64,000 bases of DNA from NCBI RefSeq assembly GCF_964355755.1, contig NC_092670.1, forward strand, positions 15,548,795 through 15,612,794, given 5' to 3'. The translations under genes were made by a program, and so were the position numbers. The notes beneath the pieces were generated by a model. The model did not search any database. It saw only the letters and a list, made by a program, of their open reading frames with translations, and was not told the DNA's origin. Below, piece after piece: positions 11,262 through 22,500 of the stretch. The DNA is from Antedon mediterranea (taxonomy: Eukaryota; Animalia; Echinodermata). Each line of letters begins with the position of its first letter. Within the stretch, counting starts at the first letter, position 1.

Positions 11262-11624
11262 AAGGCCCAATTACACTATGACGATAACGACGGACGATAA
11301 ATATATAGCATGCATTTTTTTTACGTAAACCAAAAGAAATTAGAAAGGTTTTCGTTCTAGACCTATAGGATAATCATTTATGCTGTCTTTGATAAAAATA
11401 ATGTTTTTCAAATTCCAATCAAATGACGTCATGATAAATAAAAACAATAAAATCGCTGTATTGTCACGATATTATTGGTCTTACTAATCATGACGTCATT
11501 TTATTGGACGTGTGAAAATATAATTTTCATCAAAGGAATTGTTTATATTTCTTTTTGTTTATGTATTAAAAATGCACATTTGTCTATTTATCGTCGATCG
11601 TTATCGTCCTAGTGTATGGGCCTT
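11262..11624. mobile_element. Harbinger-like MITE
   Basis: ~40-bp imperfect TIR AAGGCCCA..TACACTA(T/G)GACGATAACGA..GACGATAAATA, TWA flanks and internal palindromic symmetry. Confidence 0.8.
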
Positions 11625-11929
11625 ATGCTGTAAATGTTCAATTATTGATCATTCCGATTTTATTAGTTGTCTTGCACAGTTGCTGTCTAATCGTTGTAGT
11701 GTAATATCATTTAGAACCATATTAAAATCATAAAAAGATTTATATTCCTTAACATGTGGCTGTGCATGGAAGTCCGGTCTACAAAAACTCGGGCCCGGGA
11801 TCATTGTTATTGGGCCTGAAAGTGTTGGTGAATTCATAATTATACTTAATATTATATTTATATATATATATATATATATATAATTATATTATTGAAAGCA
11901 AAACCCGTTGAATCTCAAATCATTAGGAC

Positions 11930-13015
11930 TAGAAATTTGGCTTATCAATCAAATAAATACTTTCGTTCAAAATGAAACTCCAACCTCTCTAATCAAAAGA
12001 TTGAACTCGAAAACGGACCGTTTTTTGAATTGGGTATGTTGAAACATTTCAATATTCATTTAAAAAAGTACATTAATTATGGTATTGATCAGTGGCTATA
12101 GAGGCGTAAAAATCCTCGATCAATATCATGTAAAATGCACTGTGGAAGGGTTTGACTGCAAAATTGGGCTTATCAACAAATAAATACTTTCATTCAAAAT
12201 GTAAAATCAAGGCTGAAAAATTGGGCTTATCAACAACAAAATATTTTATTATTAGACGCGATAACATCAAGGATAATCAGTATAATTATTAATATAGCCA
12301 CTGTTACTAGTTTTATTTTACATGCTAAAGTAAATAAAAATCCACTAGAAAACAAACCAGTCTGAATGTTATGCTTATTAGCCATGTTATGTTTGTTACT
12401 GTAGGCCTATGATTGTTTGCAATGTCCACATATTATTTCCGTGGGCATATCCATAGTGTATCACTCACAAAAAAGACGTGTGAGGTTCTTTCTTTAGATT
12501 TTGAAGAATGATTTGTGTTACAGGTTGACACATGAGTCAAATGCTCAAGATATCGGCTAACGCCATGGGACCCTTGGCTTATCAATGAATAATAAATACA
12601 GTACTACTTTCGTTCAATTGAAATCAGAATCTGACCGTTTCATTAAATTGGGTGTGATTAGGCCTAAACATATAATAATTTATTAAAAAGGTACAATAAA
12701 AACAAATGCATCAGAGGCGTAAAGAACCCATGGTCAATATCATGTAAAATGTATATGGTATAAGCACTGTGGAAGGGGTCATTATTATTAAACTGGAAAA
12801 TTCGGCTTATCAACAAATAAATACTTTCGTTTAAAATGTAAAATAAGACTGCAAAATTGGGCTTATCAACAAATAAATACTTTCGTTCAAAATGTAAAAT
12901 AAGACTGCACAATTGGGCTTATCAACAAATAAAATACTTTTTTTTCAAAATGTAAAATTAAGACTGGAAAATTGGGCTTATAAACAAATAAATACTTTTT
13001 TTCAAAATGTAAGAA
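11930..13015. repeat. AT-rich ~55-bp minisatellite and local diverged duplication
   Basis: AAAATTGGGCTTATCAACAAATAAATACTTTCGTTCAAAATG is repeated about 8 times; 11930-12240 resembles 12575-12900. Confidence 0.8.
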
Positions 13016-13038
13016 AACATTTTTTAAATATAATCCTT

Positions 13039-13190
13039 AAGCTCTGTCTATACTATCAAACTAAATATGATGTGCCCATATTATATAGACATGACGATGT
13101 CATATCACTACGATATTCGGGCATATCACTACCATATTTGGGCACATCACACTTTTTTTGTTAAACTAGTTGGGACAGTGTAGACACAGA
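13039..13190. mobile_element. MITE family AAGCTCTGTCTACACTATCAAAC...GTTTGATAGTGTAGACAGAGCTT. Other copies at ~56036-56184 and ~58461-58588; partials at ~2876-2897 and ~40939-40977
   Basis: Shared TIR and internal GTGTGATGTGCCCAAATATGGTAGTGATATG segment in several dispersed copies. Confidence 0.8.
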
Positions 13191-13666
13191 ACTATGTGAT
13201 CGAAACATAAGTCGGAATTGGACTGACGCGATTGATTTAATTGGGTGTTTTTATTAATGTAATGATTCATTAAAAACTATAATACCGATACGCGTTTGGT
13301 ATTGATCAATGGTGCAAAAAACCCTGAGAAATAATGTTATAACGCGATTTGGTGATAGCTTAGCAATAATACAACCCATAATTATACTATTATTATAAAT
13401 ACCTATATTACAAATCCATTCATATAACTTTTCATCGCGAACCGAAAATGTATAAATGTTATTCTACAGACAGTAATTATATATTCAAAAGCCTTATTAT
13501 TATTATCAATACCTAAATGCGATAGTAATAACCACATAAACATACATTATTCCCAATACAAGTTTGTGCGTTTAATTCTAGAAAGAAACGACTGTGCTGA
13601 CAGGCCAATGACAAATCACAAGTAAAGTCCCAATTGTTCACTTGCGTTTTGATTGGCCGACCTATT

Positions 13667-14291
13667 TTTTTTTTTTCTTTTTTTCTTAGGTATATTTATT
13701 CATAAAAAGACATCAAAATACAACGGCAGCCAAAAGGCTGAAAAGTAGTATTTTACAAAATTTGATAAAAATATATAGGCCTAAATACAGTATGTATAAA
13801 AGGTAAAACTAGTTAAAAAAAATTAACACATTAAAATTGGTCCACCTGTAAGTTAAAATAGTGCCAGCCTATTCAATATTCATCATTAATGAGTCGGACT
13901 AAAAAAGGGACTGGTGAAGATCTAAATCTTTCTGTACGACCAAACGGGATTTCGAGTAGAGGCTTACTCGCAGACCTCAGGGTTCTGCTAATGTCACGAA
14001 CAGGGGGAAGAATGCTTCTAAATGTATCAGACTTTATTATTCCTTTACCAAATTTCAGTAAGAGTTGGACTCTTCTGTTAACTAGCGGTGGAACGTCTGA
14101 CAATTTAAGAGCAGACTCGTAGGATACATAGTTCATACCATAAATGATTCGTAGAGCTCTTTTTTGAACTCTTTCTATTGACTTAGTTTGGTCTTTCGTA
14201 ATTGAACTGTGCCACACAGGGCATGCATATTCAACTAAAGGACGTATATAGCAAGTATATACTTGTAGTAAATCTTTAGAAGGCGCCTTGG
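13667..14291 (-). mobile_element. 5'-truncated non-LTR retrotransposon (CR1/L2/Crack-group ORF2 C-terminus, 3'UTR and A-rich tail)
   Basis: Translation DLLQVYTCYIRPLVEYACPVWHSSITKDQTKSIERVQKRALRII...RFRSSPVPFLVRLIN; 3' hairpin CAGCCTTTTGGCTG; poly-A tail; candidate TSD CCTATT (13661-13666 and 14292-14297). Confidence 0.88.
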
Positions 14292-14627
14292 CCTATTATA
14301 TTAGATTAATGAAGACTGTTCTTACAACTGTCCAGTCAAAAAGTTACGCGGCGTTTTTTGTAAGAAATATTTCTTGTTATAATTTCTTTATCGTTTCATG
14401 ATGATTTATTCTATTGTTTTGCGACATCAATCATCACCGTTTGGCCACTCCTATCAACCTATGACCCTGGCGCGGCGCACCTTTACTCGTCACGTCCCTG
14501 GATAAAAGCATTCAAGCATATCGCCACACACCATCTTTTGTTGTCCTTTTTTTTTGTGGTGAGCTTGTGGAAAAGACACGTTCTTTCGTTTTGCAACGGT
14601 GTTAAAATTTATCCTTAAGATTTAAAA

Positions 14628-16850
14628 ATGTCTGTAAGTAAGCAAGTTAACAAGTGTTTTATGTATAAACGTGTGTCTTAGGATAAAATAGAGTAGGACA
14701 GTCTAATAATAAATAGTAAGGAGACTTGTTAATCTAGCCTTTAATTTAGAATAAGCCTATTAGGCCTATTTATAGGCTAGGCCTAGTAGGTAGGCCTAGA
14801 CTCGCTAGAGTAAGTAAGTGAAGTGTGCATGATGATGCCGGCCGGATGGACTGGCTTCGGACACGCACACTGGCTGATTAAAGTTTGTTAGCCTATGCCT
14901 AGTATATTATTGTTATTATAGTAGTTATTATATATTAGTAGTAATTGCATTATTTTTAAGGTAGGCCTAGAGTAGTAAGTAGGCTGTTTTTAAATGATAT
15001 TTTATATATTAATATTTACCTTTTATTTTTTTTATTCCACACAATACAATTACAACAAAACATGCACAGTAATGATATTATAATTTTATTTGCATTAGGA
15101 AGCATTTGTGAAAGCGGCTGAAGAAGTTAAGCAACTAAAGCAATCCCCAACAGATCAGGAAAAGCTAGCGATATACGCCCTGTACAAACAGGCAACAGTT
15201 GGTGACACAAACACTAGTAAGTCCAGCCCTTGTTTACCGATCTATGTATGTGTATTTTGATAAATATTGGAGATTGAGAACAGTCTTTATTTGTACAACA
15301 TTTACTTCGCTTTGAACCATAATGTTATCAATCAAAATGAACTTCATAATCAATCATTAGTGAAGGAACAAATATTTGTCAAGCCTACATAGGCTTGTTG
15401 TTTGTACACTTGACATGACCCTAGTACTACTAATCTTTTAAGTCTTACTCTCTATATCCACTCATTGTGCTGACAGAATAATATTCATGGAATATTGCAC
15501 TGTGCTCTAAACTGAAGGTCAAAGGCCATAATCATCTAGAAAATAGAATCCATGCACTAATGAATTTATTTATATTATTTTGTTTGTTTGCCATCATCAA
15601 TAATTTGCTGTTAATTCAAATTAACCTTGTATTGACTTGTATCAATACAGCTTGTATTCATTATTATCTTTCGTTAATTTTGGTTGATTTCCAGTGGCGC
15701 AACAGCTATCAGTGCTCACTGGCAAAACCCATGGTCCCAGAGCTTATGGGGGCCCTGAACAGTGCCCAGGGGAAAAACCAGGCATTCAAATATGTAGAGA
15801 AAGGCTAAAAATGCATGAGGACTCCAGTGTTAAAGGGCCACTTAGGGTTCCTAAACCTGCGTTACGCCACTGTTATTATTGTTAAAGGATTGCACTAAAG
15901 TAAAGTGAGGTTTACCATGTTTATGGTACACCATAGAGGAGAAAGTGTTGAGAATGTCATTTTGGTTGAGTAGTGCAAGGCAAGGCAAGTAAAGTTTACT
16001 TGTTACTTATTATGGTTTTTTTATTCATTGTAGCTCGCCCTGGAATGATAGACTTTACAGGAAAAGCCAAGTGGGATGCATGGAATGCACTCAAAGGTAT
16101 TTTGGTTCCAGTGTATGGGGACTAAGCGGACTTTATTTGTGGTCTTAACTTCATGAGATTAGAGACCACATTTATGAGTTATTAATTATGAGTATCATTA
16201 TCAGATTATGTCAATTTGACCTTTATTGGTCACTTGACTTATTTTATTGCTAATGTAACCTACGGTATGCATTTTTTGATATGGGTGTAATGGATAATAA
16301 AATGATCAGTTTTGTATTCCCTATCTAATGACACCATCCATGGAAGGCCATTTTTAATTTTTTGCATGCATATTGAGATGAAAAATAGAAGAAACCTTTT
16401 TAATAGCTGTAATATTGTTAGCTTCCTTCACTTTCTGTAGTTATAAAACATGTATTTTTTTTTTTTTTTTTTTTTAACTATATTTAATGAGGGTGATCCA
16501 TCCAGCTATTGCTGATCATTAGGGACCCTCAGAGGTTCACAAGACAACATATACACAAGATGCTCTACATAAACAAAGTCTTATTACAAGTCTTTGGGAG
16601 TGGAGTAATTTGGTCCTTAGAAAAAATCCTGACATGTGACGGGACTTGAACCCAGGACCCTTGGAGTGGTAGCAAAGCATCAAAACCACCAAGCCACAAT
16701 ATCCCATGTCTTTCCCTTTAGTAAAAAATATATCGTGTCTTGGAACTAGTTATTCATTTTGTAATACTTTTTTTTACAGGAAAGTCAAAGGAAGAGGCTG
16801 AAACAGAATATATACAAAAAGTTGAAGAATTGAAGTCAAAGTATAACTAA
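14628..16850 (+). CDS. DBI: Acyl-CoA-binding protein (ACBP/DBI), 85 aa. Exons 14628-14633, 15099-15216, 16034-16096, 16780-16850
   Basis: Absent from the ORF track because the exons are short. Spliced product [85 protein letters not shown] carries the YKQATVGD and KAKWDAW signatures. Confidence 0.95.
15692..15872. mobile_element. hAT-like MITE, same family as 21186-21384 in the opposite orientation
   Basis: TIR CAGTGGCG(C/T)AAC / GTTACGCCACTG; the internal sequence is a diverged reverse complement of 21186-21384. Confidence 0.75.
16455..16705 (-). mobile_element. tRNA-derived SINE in ACBP intron 3
   Basis: On the minus strand: box A TGGCTTGGTGG, box B GGTTCAAGTCC, a 3' stem GAGGGT...ACCCTC and a long poly-A tail. 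Confidence 0.85.
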
Positions 16851-16880
16851 AACAAATTTGTTTGACAATCTATTGCAAAT

Positions 16881-16957
16881 ATTGTATGGTACCTAAATGT
16901 TGTATGGTACCTAAATGTTGTATGGTACCTAAATGTTGTATGGTACCTAAATGTTGT
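16881..16957. repeat. 18-bp tandem repeat, 4 copies, just 3' of the ACBP stop codon
   Basis: (TTGTATGGTACCTAAATG)4. Confidence 0.95.
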
Positions 16958-18826
16958 GTGATTAGATGAAGTCCCCCCAAAAAAACTGTTATATGCCAAT
17001 GATTTCTATCACTCACAGTGAGTCATTGTGGTTAACAGAGGTCAGTCAATCTAAATTTCCTCTTTGAAAATGTTTATTTTTAAACTGTTTACTTTAGCAC
17101 CCACTCTAAGGTATGTTCAAGCTTATGGAACGGAGAAATGGTTTCGTATCGTAGAGCGAATTGACATTTTTAATTGGAGTTAATTTTTTATACTTGATTA
17201 ACTTATGATTTTTTTTTTTAAATGTAACCAATATAATGGGTATTTGGATATCAACAATGGGTACATAATGACTTTTGTATCCATTTGGTATATGCTAATC
17301 TGTTACATTGAATTTTCGTATTGAGCTCAGGTTAGTGTTGTAGCAGGTGGATTCCACTCATACCAGGTTTTAATATTTTAAAAATAATTATGATATAATT
17401 ATATTGTAATTTTTTCGCACTGAATTTTAATATGAGGATGTGCATATTATAATTATTATTGGAGTAGGGCCTATTGATTGGTTTTATATCTGTGATACAG
17501 AAACAAATGTATTCAATGTTCAGCTTAACTTTGAACGGTTTAGATTATGTTTATTGTAAATGCATAATAAATATTGGATCATTGACTGAAATGTTGTTTG
17601 TGTCAATTTGTGAGTTTTTTCTTTGATCACTTTAAACGAAAGTTCTTCCAATCAATAATTATTGATGATATTTCACTTTATGCATACATGAAATATTATA
17701 CTATCTTGTGCGCAATTTGATTGATTTGCGCAATTATATATTGTCTAATTTATTTATTTTATTCTTTTTTTAACATTCAGGTTTCCGAGACCTCGGCATT
17801 TTAAAATGCAAGATTTAATGTATCTGTTAATTAGACGTTTTCCATAAAATTTAAATTAAATTACGCCCTCTCACAAGCACGACAAATCTGTGTCCGACTG
17901 GAAATGAGTAGGTTGCTCAAACATTCCACCGCACAACCTTCAGTACACAGAGAGGGACTGCTCAATAGTGAAGCAGTCGAATACGTTTGTTGCATAACAA
18001 AAATAATCATGATGTCAACATAATTTCGCGAGTAGTCTAGTATTAGTCGACCAGAAAAATGAACATGAATTACTATAGTCTTAATCCATATACCAATTGA
18101 ATTACTAATATTATGGAGCATGTTGTAAAATGTTAGCTGATTAATGACAAATGTAATCGGGTACGTATTTTTTATTGCATTGTCTTTCTTTAACAATAAT
18201 ACAGTAGTTGTTGTCCCACCATGCCATGCATGGATGGTAGGCCTACCACCACCTTTGTTTGGCCTTTCTTTTCAATTACAGAGGCACGGACACCGACCAT
18301 AGACAGCCTATCCGGCCATTATAGACCACCAGACCGGTGCAATGTATTTCCGGCACTAGCTTGGCCTAGCTTTGTTATTAAAGTTTGGAGTAGTGTAAAC
18401 TATACCCAGCCTAGATATTAATCTGGCTAGTTAAGCTAAATTGTTTTATTAATATTTAATGTAGAGACTAATTAATATAGTAAAAATAACGAAGATACAG
18501 TAGGCCTAATTAATATTTAATATTTATAACAATTATTAATACTCAACTGATTGGTGTAAATGATAATTATTAATAATGATATTCAAACTTTTATTTTAAA
18601 CAAATCGAAAATTATGTATCATCATACTAAGTAATGTAGGTGGAGACCACTATAGAAATAATTTTATTGTTTACAGTTTTTCATTCCAAAAATTAAAACA
18701 CGGCTCCATTTAATTATAACTTAATTTTGATAAATTTATTAACTGGAAATTATAATGTAACAAAATAAACTATATAAAACTTTGATTTACAAATCTTAAA
18801 TCCACAGATATTTTTGGTTAAAACAG

Positions 18827-19353
18827 GGGCGGATTGCTATAAGCGGTCTATAACCAGTCTTAGCGCTTAGCCGGCTATAATTCGTGACGTAGCAAGTAGT
18901 CTTATATTATAGACCATTGCTATACCGCGGTCTAACCTGTAAACGGTCTTTAAAAAAGCCTACTCGAAGGAGTCTTAAAACAGTCTTAAACCTCTCTTTT
19001 TGTTGCTTTTACGTATTATTTATCGTCAAAGACGACCAATTGAACGAGTTTTAAGTGTTAAATCAAATAATAACGGTGATTTTATTGTTATATAGGCCTA
19101 GAATGGATTTTCTCGCGTAGAAATGTACGTACTGTTATGATTGTGAATTGAACAAGCGTGACGAACATTACCTTATTTGGTATTCTACGCGCAAAGTACG
19201 CCCTCAATTTGTTACTTTACACGGTCTTATCTAAGACGGGTTTATAGCAATGGTCTATCAGGAGTGGCTTTAATAAGACCGTCTATCTGATAAAGCCGGC
19301 TTTAATCGGGGAGTTAAGACCATCAGTTAAGACTGTTTTATAGCAATCCACCC
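18827..19353. mobile_element. PIF/Harbinger-like MITE about 200 bp upstream of the first SLC16 ATG
   Basis: TIR GGG(C/T)GGATTGCTATAA; 3-bp TSD CAG (18824-18826 and 19354-19356); sub-terminal GGTCTTA/TAAGACC repeats. Confidence 0.82.
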
Positions 19354-19558
19354 CAGCAGTTTACAGTATTTTGTCTTTTAAAAGTGAAATCATATTTGTT
19401 CGTTTTTTCAAGGCAATGAAGTGAATAATTGAAAATACAAAATTATTTAAATTTTTAATCAACTTTATTTGTCATGTTTTGGAGACTAAACAATTCACGT
19501 TGAATTAATTTTTTTTTAGAAATCTGATGTGAATGAATTAATTTTGCTCGTCAGCAAA

Positions 19559-22500
19559 ATGAAAATCAAGAAACAACCAATCAAGAAACTTGTAAAGAAG
19601 CCGCCTCCAAAATACTGGAAGTATGTGGTGCTATTTGGAGCACATGTCGGTCTTCTTCTTAGTGTTGGACCAGCCAAGATGCTTGGGGTGTTCTTGGTGG
19701 AATTCAAGGAGGAATTCAATGCTAATTCTGGAGTCATTGGAGCAATAACAACGTTAATATACTTTCTCTTAGCAATAGCAGGTAGGAATGGGCATTTTTA
19801 CTGATTACATATCAGGTCACTTGTATGATGTGAGGGTCGAAAAAAGCTGTTTGTTAAAAAAAGTAATTGTTACTGTTAATTTATCGGGGCAGTATGTTGG
19901 TCTAGGAAGGAACTTGTTTTTAGAAAAAGGCAATTTTATCGTTATAATCAATTCAATTGGGGTAGCCTATGGCACCAAAAAAAGCTGTGTTAATTGGAAT
20001 CAATGCTTGTGATAGAGAACCACCTGGTCGAATATTATTTTTCTCTCTGAGTTTAAAACAGAAATTAACCTAATATAGGACATTATATCTCATGTCAACA
20101 TGTTTTGCCAACCGAAATGGTTGGTTTTTTAGACAATTTTGTAAACATTTAAAAAAAATATTAAATAATTAGCAATCACCCTCGTAAAGCAAAAATGCGT
20201 CAACAATGTGTTTATTGCATCAAAATACAGTACATGACAAATATAATATAATTTTATATAATTTAAAGTACAATTTCTAATCAATCAATCAATCGTTCGA
20301 TTTATATAGCGCCATTCTAATGTTAGGGTTTGGTTATAATTGATTGACTGGTTTTTAAGAGAGGACCCAAAAAATGTACAGTAACAACTACAGTAGATCA
20401 ATTTTGACAGGATCCCTAATATAACAACTTTACTTTTTTACTAATATTTCATTTTCACACAAAGAAATCATAGCACTGGAACAGTGCAAATGAAAAACTA
20501 ATCACGATTTAAAAAATGCAACCTTAACTTTTTCTGGGTTGACTGTACAAAGGATGATTGTGTTTCACCATAGGATTAAATAGTGTTTTTTATAATGGTC
20601 TCTCACCTTCTAAAAGTTTATGCAATACAGCTTCAATCTTATAATTCCAAATACTGGGCCTACTTTTGTTCACATTTCCCCATACCAAGAAGTCTTAAGA
20701 CCAATTTACACAGATGAGTGGTAATGGTGGTAAACTGAAAACCGCATAGCTTGTCCCGTGTAGAATGTGTATCTAACGTGAGTGGTAACCCCATCCACTC
20801 CGCGTTTCTGTAAATTGTCATAAGGCATATTAATATAGATTCTATGTTTTTATTACCGTTACGCTTGTCTGTGTAAATTGTGCTGCATACATTGGGATGT
20901 AGATAAACTGGCAAAGACTACACCACATTGTGGTGCATACATTGGGATGTAGATAAACTGGCAAAGACTACACCACATGTTGTTAATGCATGTTTGATGT
21001 TTTTTATAATTAATTTAGCACATTTCATGTTGATATAAAAATACAATACATTGTTAAATATTTTCAATTATATAAGTGCAAAATGTAACTTTTTATAAAG
21101 TCTTCTTTAGTATCTATACAATACATCTGCTCAGAAGTGCACTTCTACATTCTCTCTAAGCCTCAAATGGAATTTAGTTTATAAGCAGTTGCGTAATGCA
21201 GAGGCATAAGGCACCTGGTTTAGGAACCCCAAGTGGCTCTCCAACGCTGGAGGCCTCGGGCATCTTTCGCTCTTTTCAACATATTTTAATGGCTGTTTTT
21301 TCCTCTGGGCACTGCTCAAGTGCCCTCGTAAGCTCCGGGGCCCCTGGGTTTGGCCAGTTAGCGCTCATAGCCATTATGCCACTGTTTATAAGCATGATAA
21401 ATTATAAAATAGTTTATCAATTCTGTAATTGGCAAGTTTGTAACTGTTGGAAGTGTATGATATATAGCCTCGTATCCGGATATTCACCCCCTGGACATTT
21501 ACCCCCCGGACAACTACCCCCCGGACAACCACCACCTGGACCACTACCCCCTTAGGACAACTACCCCTTTAGGACAACTACCCCCCGGACAAATACCCCC
21601 CGGACAACTACCCCCTTAGGACAACAACCCCCTTAGGACAACTACCCCCTGGACAACTACCCCCCGGACAATTACCCCCTAGGAACAATTACCCCCCGGA
21701 CAATTACCACCCGGACAATTACCCCCCGGACAATTACCACCCAGAAAACTATCCCTTTAGAACACCCTAACCACCCAGACCATTCAACAACCTGACTCTG
21801 CAACAGTGTATAATAGGAATTAATAACTATATTTTAATTCGTTACTTTGACGAATTACTATTCATTATTGTAAACAAAAGTAAAAGATTGAACATAAATA
21901 TAGCCTGGTATAAACTGAAGATCGTCACACATGATCATAGGATAGTCGAACGTATTATATAGTACTCCCTGTATTTACTGTAAAGACTGGGATCGCTAAT
22001 AATAATAATAATTTTTGCGTCAGGACAATGCTTCGATAACCACTGGTCTTAAAAGAATTAATATTTGTCTCAAATTTGTCATATATGTATTTTTGTACAC
22101 TTGAAGAATAATATCACTTTTGATATTTGACCTCAATGTTCACTCACCGAATAAACGTCGATCTTTAAATAAATTCCCCTCAAATAAACGGTGACCATGT
22201 CACTCCCATGAAACATCATATGGAATAATCGGCGTCTATTTCCATTAGATTATACCCCCTCCCATTGAATAAACAACTTTCTTCCAATAAATGTCCACCT
22301 AAAAACCACCTAAACAATAAACAGCCCAGGCCGTTTTTTCAATAAATACGGTACTTTAAATCTAGCACATCTAGGGTCTAGCGTGCTGTTAAACAGAATA
22401 ATCGGTTAAAAACGGGTGTTTCGAAACTAGAGACCCGAGACCAGAGACCAGAGACCCAATACGAAAAGGGAGACCTAAATATACGAAAAGGGAGACCCAC

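Noticed and set aside
16630-16705. tRNA gene on the minus strand
   Set aside because: It has A and B boxes but no clean acceptor stem, and it continues into a LINE-like tail and poly-A. It is a SINE head.
17861-18421. ORFs 17861-18196 (-) and 18221-18421 (+)
   Set aside because: No recognisable domain or consistent splice structure; more likely promoter or UTR sequence for SLC16 paralogue 1.
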